NCBI GenBank assembly: GCA_004764695.1
Contig: SMSO01000014.1
Coordinates: forward strand, 2,289,648-2,353,647
DNA length: 64,000 nt
Reading direction: 5' to 3'
Source of the DNA: Schizochytrium sp. TIO01
Lineage: Eukaryota; Protista; Bigyra: Labyrinthulomycetes
Part shown: positions 21,309-32,745 of the stretch, piece by piece
How positions within the stretch are numbered: position 1 is the stretch's first letter
How the letters are laid out: every line of letters starts with the position of its first letter
Position numbers and translations under genes: made by a program
The notes under the pieces: generated by a model
The model's database searches: none
What the model saw: the letters and a program-made list of their open reading frames with translations, nothing else
What the model was told of the DNA's origin: nothing

Positions 21309-24033
21309 TGGCAGGCAAGCAGGCAAGCCTCATCGACGACATCGATTTCTCGCCGTGTCCTATCCTATGGAGGCGCTATGGCATCGTCCGCGCTGCTCTT
21401 GCGGGACAGATGACCACGATCGTAGCTGAGAGCCATCAGAACGACCAGAAGACAGTTGGTTGGCTGGCTAGCTTGCTATGGCAGGCGGTGGTGCCTTCTG
21501 TACGGCAGCTAGCTTCTGCTTTGTGCGCCATTGGGAACCTCAGGTACCTAGCTGGAAACCTCGGAGGGTTTCAAGTTCCGCTCGGGGGTGTCTCCAAAGC
21601 GGACAGGGTACTCTGTCTCCATTTGTCAACTATCTGTCAACTGTCTCTGCCCCATGTAGAGCACGCCACATGTTCTTTTTTGGAGTCGTGGCTTAACCCG
21701 AGAGCGTAGAAGCTGACAAGCTCGAGAACCCGGAGCATCGGAGTCTGTCTGCGGAATCAGGTTCTGCTTTAGATTGTGCGCCTTTAGTCGAGTCTGTCTA
21801 TGGAAAAGAGAACTTTTTGAAATAGAAATAGGAACGTATGTGCCCAAAGAAGAGAATCATGAGATTAAGAAAAGCTTTTTTACATTGCTATTATTATGAT
21901 TATTATGGTTATTTATTTATTTATCTTTAAATTCACATGATGCAAAATAGCCTCCATAATAACTATTATTATTCTTATTAAAATTCTTAAAGCTTTTTCT
22001 TTTTCAAAATAAATAAATTAGTAAAGCCTTTCTGAATTTAAATAACTCATGTTCATTTTTTATTTTATTTTTTTAAATTAAGCGTTTAAAAGTGTTTTTA
22101 TCACCATAGTTTTCTTTAATTAAAGAAATATAAAAATACGAGAAATATAAACAAAACTGTTTAAAATGTGCATATTATTTCCAAAACATATGATACCAAT
22201 AATTTTCTAATGTTTATAATGGCAAGCAAGCGAGCTTAGCAAGTTCTACTGACTGCTATCATTTATTTCCTCTATGCTGCTGGAACTTCTACTATTTCCT
22301 CAAGAAAGTAGTAAGTTGTGTGTCCTTCCTCCGGACCTGTGTGATAGTGAAGATATGTGTGAGTCAGCAGTGCCGTCGCGACGCCTTCACAGTTCATGTT
22401 GCTAACTTGCTAGCTCTACCTCTTCATAATTAAACTTATAATTATATTCATAATTAAATTCATAACTAAGCAGGTGCCTCGAGTTGCTTCGTCCTTCGGA
22501 TCGATGCTCAGCAGTGGCTGGCTGTCTGGCTGGAATCTTGCTCAGGTCCTCAGTTGCTCTGGTCGATTGGTCGGTCTTTCTTCTTGTTCTGTTATGTTAT
22601 GTCCTGTTCTGTTCTGTTCAATGATGGTCCCGAGTCTCCAGGTCTCCTCAGAGGTCTCTCTCCTCCGTTGGTGCGTTGATTTGCGCAGAACAACAGCAGT
22701 TGCCGGAGAGCGAACCAACCCAAAAGCCCATGGATGATGGATGCGCTCGGCTGATTGCGAAATGCAACGAACACCATAAACCTCATCTCCGGGCTGTGTG
22801 GACGGACTTGAGAGCTCACGCCACTCCAGCACCAGCAACGGCATCAGCATCTCCAGCGGCATCAGCAGTAGCACCAGCAGCACCAGCAGAAAGGCAGAGT
22901 ATTGGGACCACAATGGTATCTGGAGTTTCACTGGTCTTCAGTTGAACTCGCGCTGCTGTTATTCACGCAGGCCCTGTCGTCGAGACGGCAGGCATTCGGA
23001 GAACACAGGTTTGGCGAGTACCTGCGCATGTGCTTCTACTCCGCGCTAGCGTTGTTGCTGAGATTTTGTTGCGCACAGTCGTTGAGGCAGCAAACCAAAG
23101 CACACCAAAGCAAAGCGCCTCTGACTACATCTAGAGCTACCCAGCTACACCATACCACCCACGCCTTCCCTGCCCGCTCACGACAGATTCTCGTAACGGC
23201 GGTGCTCTGCATCGCACATCGCAGCAGTGTCAAAGCGACCCCGCAATTCCCGCCCCTAGTTTGCAGAGAGTGGAGATGGCTCACAAACTCGTAGCACCCA
23301 CCACATGGACATGGACTGCCTCTCGCATACGCTCTTAAGCTTCGCCTCTGTCTGTCAGACTGTCCTGTCTGCCTGCCTGTCTGCCTGTCTGTCAGACTGT
23401 CTGAGACGCCGGCCGAGGGACTAGCTGGCCGCGGACTACCTCGTAGAGCTAGCTAGAGAGAGAGAGAGAGAGAGAGCTAAGCACAGAGAGCGCCTCTGGT
23501 TCTTCCTTGAGATGTTGGTATCTGACCCGTCCTACTTTGAGCTCACTTTTGTTATTTGTTTGTTTGTTTGTTTATCTGTTATTTTGTTATTTCGTTATTT
23601 TGATTATTTTGTTATTTTGTTAGTTATTTCTGTCTGTCTGTCTGTCTGTGTATCTCTTCAAAGTGGTCTGTGGAAGTCCTCCTCTTCCATAATGGTGATT
23701 TCTATGAGGAAGGACGGAGAAGAAGGGAGGACTCATTCGTGTAGTCGTCAGCAGGCAGTGCAGTAGCGTTCTCAACTGCGTGGCGGCCTTTGTGCGGGGT
23801 ACGGCTTCTCAACTCTGTGCGCAACATAGGCAGGCGCCTGCCTACCCAGGTACTTTCTTTCACACAGAGAACCGAAAAGAAGAAGTAAAAAGACACCACG
23901 CAGGACTCTAGCAAGAGAAGCATGAGTAGACAGACAGGCAGCACCAGTAAGTGCGTGCCAAGTGGGGCTTGTGGTGAGCGAGATTAGGTATGCTTTGTTC
24001 CCAAGTCCTTTTGCTTTCCTAACTGCGCTTCAG

Positions 24034-24035
<2 letters not shown>

Positions 24036-24073
<38 letters not shown>
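24036..24073. repeat. (GA)n microsatellite
   Basis: Directly visible; a shorter (GA)n lies at ~23455-23476. Confidence 0.95.
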
Positions 24074-24077
<4 letters not shown>

Positions 24078-24211
24078 CTAGATTCCTTGCATTGACAGAT
24101 AAACAAACTTACACGGAGTGTAACCTTCTCACGAGGTTAGTCTGGACGAACTTGAGATGGCAACTGGGCGTCAGTGATGCCGATGCCGAGCATCTTGGAT
24201 AGAGATCCCAC

Positions 24212-25816
24212 TCAAAACTCGAAAAGGGACGGCGGACCGCGCACACCTAGTTCACAAGGCGGCTGTGGTGGATGTAGGCATCGAGGACGACGAAAATAAT
24301 CACTTAGCCTTGTCGCCAACGATGTATCGCATGTTCGACAGCCGACGCAACCAGCACGGTTAAAGCAAAGATCGGTTTGCTCAGATAAAAGATTGAGCTT
24401 GCACCAGATTTTATTCCGAATGACAACGTTACTGCTGCTGACAGCGCTGGGAATAAACGAGTGAGAACGTGGGTCAAAGTCACTGGGTTTGATTGAACCC
24501 ATTGTTTGTGAGATGGTTTCCTTTTACATGATTTCATCGGGTTCTTTACCATCATGTTTGTGAAGGATCAAGATCAGTTTTGCGAGAACCTCAAATGGAA
24601 AGCAACCGAAACAGCACCCCACTGGGTAGATGCTCGAACCAGAAGAGGATAAAAATAGTTCAAGAGATTAATTGTGGTGGTGTCTAAACTTGATTTTGCG
24701 AGTATACGTCTAACCGAGGCAGATAACACCAACGTCTTATTTTCCTGCTAAGCTTCCTTTCTTTGCCTGGAGGAAGAAATCTTGTGAAGTCCCACCAAGC
24801 AAGATACATTGCTGGTTGTTTGGTCCTCCTAAGCCCATTCCTCCTTGCGTAAAGCAGCTCTTAGCGTTGCAAATGAATGGACGCGTGCTGCCCGGATTAG
24901 GATTTTTAAAGGTAACAATGAGTAAATGGAGATGTTATTTCTTACGGAACTCTTTCTGTCGTCATACAAATCACTGCCCTTCTTGTGCTTGTAAACTCCA
25001 GTCGCGATCTCGGTAATCTGAGGAGGCAAGGTCCGTTTCAAGTAACAAGGGACGTAGCTTACTTTCACGTCACTGATAATTCTCCCGGTCCTCCACGCCA
25101 TCGCTCGCCACAAAGCGCACAAGCCAGTATCAGGGTCGATCCAATCCTCTCCTCCGCCTGTAATCGTGTCGCGGCAAGCGCGGAGTTCCATATAATTGCC
25201 ACCCGTCGAAGGGGTAGGCCACCCAGCGAATGAAACCATCGTCATTAGAACCTTTCATAAGGTTATTCGTCTCAATGTCAGGAATGCCCACAGTTGAAAT
25301 GCGAGTCTTGCCATTCTTGGTCCGGCCAGAGAGCTACAAAGTGTCCTCAATGTCTGGCTTAGACCAGCCAATCATACTAATCTTGTAAAGCACACATTCT
25401 CTGATGCTTAGAGCTACCAAGCAATGCATGTGCCCATTACCCTTCCACTGGTGAAACATGTTCATCTTGTAAGTCACGCCGTTCTGAATGTAACGATGAG
25501 ACCCAGGCTCTGCTCTAAACCAGCAGTTGCGGTGGTACCAGGAAGGAGCATAGAGGTCCATATAACGCGTCGTGCAGCTCATCATGCACTTGCAGGCATT
25601 CGAAAGAGTATTAGGCATTGTATATATCTTCCTTTTGGTGAGGCAGACGCATCCCTCAGGCCTCAAGTTGTTCCTATTCGGTTTGGCACCGCGGATCGCT
25701 ATTGTGCGATCCCCTGGGACTGATTTCACGACGCTCTCAGAAATGATTTCAAAGGTCCAAACCAATATGAACTCGCTTAATTGAAGCAGTATTGGTCTGA
25801 CTAAGCCTTCCGTCAT
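24212..25816 (-). pseudogene. Decayed protein-coding sequence of unknown family
   Basis: ORF 25334-25816 reads on past its TAG into LSGRTKNGKTRISTVGIPDIETNNLMKGSNDDGFIRWVAYPFDGWQLYG, which overlaps ORF 24829-25245 in another frame; further broken frames extend to 24212. High-complexity sequence free of microsatellites. Confidence 0.4.
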
Positions 25817-25926
25817 CTATGCCACCATAGTGTACACTGGCGAAGGCGTGGACTCCTTTCCATCGGTAGTTTATCTCTACCGTTCTTTGTGACTCGCTCA
25901 CGAACGATCGAATCCCACTTCCTCAG

Positions 25927-26836
25927 GTGATGGCCTCTGGAGGCCTCAGTGCTATGAACAATGTTTGGGAAGCTGCAAACAGTTCCACAGATGTTATGGA
26001 CTTCGGTGACGTTCGCTTCGTCAGCTCATTAAACAACGTCGTACAGGGCCCGTATGCAATTCGCAACCCAGATGCCATGTCACTCTCCAGAAGCCACGGA
26101 AAGTACATTTGGCTGTTTGCAGGGTTCAACGTGGTGCGTTCTTGGTGCCTTGACACTACTCATCGCCCTCACATCGACACTTATTCAAGTATGCAGTGTG
26201 GCAACTCTTTGCAAGCAGCCGTCCAAATAGGGAAATGGGTATTAACCAAGGACTACATGGGCAGCGCGGCGTATAAGAACGGAATCTATCAGATCACCCT
26301 TTAAAACTAAACCTACTATTTCAACAATGGTGCCTGTACAAGTAAGGAGGACTGGGGGTCCCTTCGTCATAGCTTTGCTCCCACTCACGTTGCTGCTGCC
26401 AATCTCACGCTGGCCCGGATTAGCGACCTTAGCAATGGGAAAGGTTATATCAACCCCCCAAGTGTACCACGTCGATGATTACTCAAATTACTGGGCCAAC
26501 TGCATGTCCACCACAAGTTGGACTACGCATGCCGAGAAATCCCATTACTGCAAGATTTGGAACGAGGGCAGAATTAGACCTGGTGACGAAGCGTCGACCA
26601 CGTGGACCTGCAGAGGGTCAAAATACTTAAGCCAGGACTGTGTCGATAGAGCCTGCAAGAATATTTCAGGCTACATGCCGTCGTCTGCCGGGGCCTACAC
26701 CAGGCAGATTCAGAGCTCTCAGTACTGACTCTGGGATACACTACTTAAGTAGATAGGTATCACTTCCTACTGCCATGGCGGTGCTCAAGGAAAGACTGCA
26801 GCACTTGGAGCTGATTGCCAATCATCAGTCTGCTGA
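25927..26836 (+). pseudogene. Decayed Cys/Trp/Tyr-rich coding sequence of unknown family
   Basis: Consecutive broken frames: 25927-26304, then YYFNNGACTSKEDWGSLRHSF...GKGYINP, a likely shift at a C6 run (~26453) into YHVDDYSNYWANCMSTTSW...HYCKIWNEG..., and further stops after 26728. Confidence 0.4.
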
Positions 26837-27859
26837 GGAGTTGCCGGAAAGACAGCTAGCTGCCAGAGTAGTTGTTTAGAAGCATGTAGTTGGAGAACTC
26901 TTTGTCTTCATTCATATATATCGTCATGTACTCTAGCTAGTAGAGAGGCAGCTCCTCCGTACTACTACTGCTCTTTTCCTCCCTTCTCTTCAACACTGTT
27001 CCCACCACAACAATCGACGTAGTAGGCTAATTGACAAAAGAAAGTTATAAACGACTGCTGCCCCAAGCTATCCATCGACACTGAGTACAACTCCCACCAA
27101 TCATCGCTTTAGCTTGGGTAAGAACTCAACTATCAAGAGATGCATGTCTCCGGTAGGCATTAGATTTCATCGTACCTCGCACTCGTGGTAGGTGCCTATC
27201 TATCTATCTTATCTATCTAGCTAGCTAGCTAGCTTCCAGTGCTGCCACCTGCGCACTAGAGATAAGATAGACCTGTCTACCTACCTGCGTGCGTGCCCAT
27301 GTCGCCCCATACCGCCGCTGCCTGAGAGATTGACGTGGCTTGAGCTTTCATTCAGGCCAAAAAGACTTGCAGAAGAGCGGCGAGAGCGGCCAACGGTCCT
27401 TGAAGAGGTTGCACAGCCATGGATTCCAGTGATGCTGCAATCAACAGGCATGGGAATGAATGCCTTGCCCTGAGTTGAGTTTCTGAGGTTCTTCTGCACA
27501 GGTAAAATGTTTAGTTTTGTGGAGAAGACTCTAAATGGTGAGAGTGGTGTAGGTAGATCTATAGCTGCAGCTAGAGAGAGGTAGAACTGACTCTGGAACC
27601 TGAACAGGTGTGTGAGGGAATGAATGACACCACGCGAGCGAGCACATCGATGGATGGATACATAAGCAGCTGTGTGGCTGTGTAGGCGTGTAGCTCTAGC
27701 GAGAGGTAACCACGTACACAGGTAGGTAGGTACACCCTCTCAGTAGCTAGGGAGATGATACGATACCTTCCTCTAGCTAGCCACCTAGCTAGCCAGTCCC
27801 AGGGAATGAGTTCAAAACGCACAGCTTGGCCAAACGATCCCTCATTCGCACGTACCTCA

Positions 27860-27860
27860 G

Positions 27861-27900
<40 letters not shown>

Positions 27901-28048
27901 GCATACATACATACATACATACATACATAGCTCTCTACAGAGGTGCCCGAACTGCGAACACTTAGTGGTATTGGAGGTACCTGCCTGCCTACCCACCCAC
28001 TACGCTAAGGTATATGTTAGCTAGCTAGCTAGCTAGCTAGCTAGCTAG
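27860..28048. repeat. (AGAT)n-(ACAT)n compound microsatellite and nearby palindromic (AGCT)n
   Basis: Directly visible at ~27860-27929 and ~28018-28048. Confidence 0.93.
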
Positions 28049-29347
28049 CCTATCTATTTAGATCATTGTCGAGCGCCAAGTCATTCACAGACCACCATTC
28101 AATGGATGGATATCCCTCGCACAAGAGAACGAAGATTCACGCACCATCCCAAGACACAGGCTAATTCTAACAGCCTTGCATGTCACTCTGGCGGCACCCA
28201 TCCATCACCATTTGGCCGTCTGGGCTACCTACCCAGGTATAAGCAAACAGCGCAGAGAGGCACACATCCCTGCCCAGTATGCGCAGAATTTGTCGTCATG
28301 ATTTTGATAGCGATTTTCTCTACTACCTACCTAGGTAGGTAGGTAGGAAGAGGTACCTCGCAGTGCAAAGAGAGGGAGCTCTAGAGAAGGTCTACAGAGC
28401 AGTATGTCTATAGCTAGACATGACATGTTTGTTTTGTATTTTTTGTACTTTATGCTTTGTGTAGTGTAGTATATTAGATAGCCCTAGTGATTAATTTTGA
28501 ACATTAATTGAAATAAGTTTTTTGTTTTTTTATTTAATTTACAAATTTACAAATAATAAAATATAAAATAATATAAAACCTAGGTAGGTAGGCATTAACA
28601 TATTAATACTGCTAATACTACCTAGTAGAGATTGTTTGTTTGTTTTGCTATGTTATGTTATGTAATCTACGTCGTGGGGAAGCGCTAAGCAACGAATAGG
28701 GAACCCTATAGGTGGCAGTATAGCAGCCGCAGTGGCAGCCGAAACAGCGTCGATCAGCAGACCAGCAGCGAGCCTGCCGTCGCGACTGAGGGCGTCGCGA
28801 CTGAAGGCGTCGTCGCGGCGGAGGGTCGCGGCGGGAGTAGGGAATATCAATTCCCAGGTTCCCTCTATCCTTTGTCGGGGCACACTTGAAGTCCGGGGTA
28901 GCCAGGCAGGCAAGCGGTCAAACTGCAAGGAGTCCCGCGCCATTTATTTGGCAGGCAACTACTAAACGCACGCCGACGTGACCAACTAGACCTACAATCC
29001 GACGAGACAAACAAACAAACAAAAAATCAATCAAAAAAACAAACAAAACAAACGAACGAACGAACCAACGAACAAACAGATTTAACTACAATATCTCCTG
29101 TTTAGAGTTGCTTTTTGATATCGGTCATAAGTAACTTTTGGGCTTCTCTTCTTTCTCTTCTCTGAGCGTGGTGTCGTGCCATCCCCTTTATCAACAGCGC
29201 CACAGAAGCTGCTTAAAGTCTTTTAAAGTCTTTTAAAGTCTTTGAGATATACAAGAACACCATCAAGACTTGAAAAACTCGGACTAGAGTATCATCAGGA
29301 GACCCAAGAAGAGAACTGTTTCATAGCCTTTTAAGAGTTTCAAAAAG

Positions 29348-32300
29348 ATGCCGCTGGAAAGCAGCTTTAAAAAGGGTAAATTGGCCACTTGTTACAGTTG
29401 TTCTTCTAGCAGTAGTATATGTAGTCTGGAGCGAAACGGAGAGAAGAAGACTGCTGGGCGAAGTAGAGAACCTGCAAGTTTCAAGCTACAGAACTCAAGG
29501 TACAGGCAAATCATCGACATTTTCAAGGCTTCCTAAATTATCTGGCAATTCTGCTAGCAAAGATGATGTTGACGACGACGACGATAATTTAGAAGGCGAA
29601 AATATGAATGCACCCCTTCTTGAGATAATCATGGGCATTCCTCTTGACATATACATTCACAGTGGACTTTTCATTCTTGTGTTTGGTTGGCTTGTTAAAT
29701 TCATCTGGAACGAGCTTGCTCTCGTAAGCGTCAATCGACTACAGGAACAAGGTGATGATGCTCATGACGACAGCAAATCTCATCTTGATGGGTTCAACAG
29801 CGTGCATGGACCTCGTCGGCATGTAAGGCCCAAAAGCATCGAGCAGAGGCGCATTCGTGAACGAATCCATGATACGCTTACATTTAGCCTGCGAGAGTTC
29901 ATTTTTTATCGTATGGACTACCTACTCAGTACTTGGTCTAGTGCGAAGCCTGTGGCTCTCTTACTTGCCACGTACCTTCTTATTATGTCTGGTGCCACGC
30001 TGTACTGGGGACTCAACTCTGGCTCGGATGTAACATATTCAGAGTCTGTATGGATGGCGTGGACCTTTGTCGCAGATCCCGGTACGCATGCTGAAGAACG
30101 AGGCCTTGCTGAGCGTCTTGTGGCCCTCCTTTTGACAATTGGTGGCATGCTTATCTTTGCTTTGATGATTGGTATCATTGCGGAAAGTGTATCTGATCTC
30201 CTCGATGATCTGAAGAAAGGTCGCAGTCGCGTCATTGAAAGTGGACATACGCTTATACTCGGTTGGTCTGATAAAGTGATCCCTACGATCCGGGAGCTTG
30301 CCATTGCAAACGAAAGTGAGGGAGGTGGCGTAGTGGTTCTCTTGTGTGAACGCCAAAAGGAAGAAATGGAGAATGCGTTAGCCAGTGCACTCACTCCGGA
30401 GCACTTATACGGCACTAAGGTTATTTGTCGTAGTGGAAGCCCTTTGATTATGACTGATCTCCTTAAGGTCTCAGCACAAACAGCAAAAGCAGTTATTGTG
30501 CTCTCAGATCCCGATGTGGACGCTGACGAATCTGATGCTCGTGCTGTTCGCATTGTAATGTCTCTCACCGGTATTGATGTGCGTTGTCACATTGTTGTAG
30601 AAATGTGTGATGTTGATAATCGGGAGCTAGTTATGCTCGTGGGCAAAGGAAATGTGGAGACTGTTGTTGCTCATGATATCATTGGTCGGCTCATGATCCA
30701 GTGTGCCCGACAACCTGGGTTGGCACAGATTCTTGAGCAACTTCTTGGATTTGCTGGTGATGAGTTTTATTTGGAGGAATGGCCGCAGCTTACAGGTAAA
30801 ACATTTTTAGACGCATCTTTTGTCTTTGATCAAGCTGTACCTATTGGTATTAAACCTGCTGACCCAGAACTCGCAGCTCAGCAGCTACAACTTCTGAAGC
30901 GCCTCGACTCTCCGCCTCTGAGCCCGATGCGTTCTCGAAGTTCTCATGGTTCCCGTGGCTCACTTAACTCAACTGCTGCAGAAATTATTAACTCGGGTCG
31001 CTCACTGCGCCCTCCTCCATTGCGTGCTGACCCTGAAAGCCTTCGTCGAGATCATAGGAGCTCGTCAGACCCGACCCCAACACATCGCCGGAAATCAAGT
31101 AACCAAGAGCGATCGCAAGTTGGGGGTCACTCTCGAGGTTCCTCCCCAGCCCCAGGAAATCGTAGTATGCTTCCAGGCCTAGCCATACCAGAGCCTAACC
31201 ATGAGCGTCTTTACTTTCCCTATCACGAACCTCAAAACGCTGAAGAGGATGACGTTTCCGACGAAGAGGATTCAACCTCAGAAGATGACACATCTAGCAC
31301 AACTATGCGTGCCCCAACACCATTGAATATTGCTAAACGGACTATATCCGTAAATTCAGGTCACTCAGCGCGCTCTCGAGCGGGCTCCATGAGCTCTGTT
31401 TTCGGTAACGGGCCACGTACTGTACTATTGAACCCTCCAGACGGTTATGTTTTACAAAAAGGTGATCAGATCCTGGTCATTGCTGAAGATGATGACTCTT
31501 ATGATGCATCTTCGGACGGAGAACCCGTCAATGAAGCTGCACAGCGAGCTCGATTTTCGGTGAATGCTCAGCATCCTATGCACTTTATCCGAAAGCCCGA
31601 ACGTCTACTCTTCTGTGGCTGGCGCCGTGACATGGATGATATGATTTCTGAACTTGATAAACTTGTGGTTAAAAACAGCGAGCTTGTTCTTATGTCTACT
31701 ATTCCCACTAAAACACGGTTACGCAAGTTCAAGGACGCTAATAAAGTTGATTTGTCAAATCTAAGGAACCTTCGAATTGTTCATGAAGAAGGTAATCCAG
31801 TATTACGTCGTCACCTCGAAAGACTCGCACTTGAGGATTACAGTTCTATTCTAATTTTGGCCGATGAAGCTTTTGAAACGAACATGCAAACAGCCGATTC
31901 CCGGTCGTTAGCATCCATGTTACTTATTCGAGACATAATTGAGAAACGCCACGCTCAAACCATTGCAACGATGGGAGATATTGACCCGAGTTTGATCAAA
32001 CCTTTGACTATCCTTACACGACGTTCAAGCAGCCCAGCTCCGCGGCGATTTATCGTGCTACATGACCAAATGAGAAATGAGCAAGATGCCCATAACGAAA
32101 AGATTTTCGTACCTGAAAGAGATCAACCTGATAATGACGACGACGAACGCAAAGGCACTGCGACACCATCCTCTGATGCAAATTCTTCTGACGATGACCA
32201 ACTTAATGACCTGATTTCCTGGCATTCAGTGCGGCAAGTTATACTCCCCTGTTGAGGCTGCTCAACGTCGCTTACAGAGACAGACAACTGCCGAGGCCCG

Positions 32301-32745
32301 CCAAGAGATCAAACGTAGTTGGTGCCCTCGTGAACATCATATGGAAAGGGAGGACCCAGGTACTATCATTATCTCCGAGATTCTAGATTCTCGAACGAAA
32401 TCTTTAATCTCAGTGGCCGAAGTGAGTGACTATGTCATGTCGAACGAAATCGTAGCATGCGCTATGGCAATGGTTGCAGAAGACCGATCAATCAATATAG
32501 TTCTCACAGAACTCCTCTCTGCTTCTGGATGTGAAATCCAGGTACGCTCGTGTTTGGAATACTGTGAGCCTGGCGAGGTTCTGGACTGGTGGACAATAAT
32601 GGCGCGTGCGCGAAAGCGATGTGAAGTCGCCATCGGATATAGGCCTCGTGATGAAACCGAAGCTCTATTAAACCCGCGAAAGAAATCAAAACTCCGTGTC
32701 TGGGCACGTGGCGACTCTATTGTTGTCCTCACCAGTTCGCCATGA
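29348..32745 (+). CDS. CASTOR/POLLUX/DMI1-like cation channel with RCK gating domains; reading frame broken twice
   Basis: Pore helix/filter WMAWTFVADPGTHA, TM segment GGMLIFALMIGII, LKKGRSRVIESGHTLILGWSDK, ICRSGSPL, DADESDARAVR, ETVVAHDIIGRLMIQCARQPGLAQI, VIAEDDDSY, FCGWRRDMDDMI, ADSRSLASMLLIRDI and, in the separate 32341-32745 ORF, IISEILDSRTK...DYVMSNEIV...MAMVAED. The core ORF is 29604-32255; the extension to ATG 29348 and the join at ~32214-32277 each need a +1 frame change (about 1131 aa if repaired by single-base deletions). Confidence 0.92.

Noticed and set aside
22474-23294. Cluster of overlapping 75-130-aa ORFs on both strands
   Set aside because: Driven partly by CAG/CAC-rich low complexity; no recognisable domain or consistent frame.
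32229-32238. 10-nt GT...AG segment whose removal would also restore the channel frame
   Set aside because: Shorter than any known spliceosomal intron; 40/49-nt introns or a single-base indel are more plausible.
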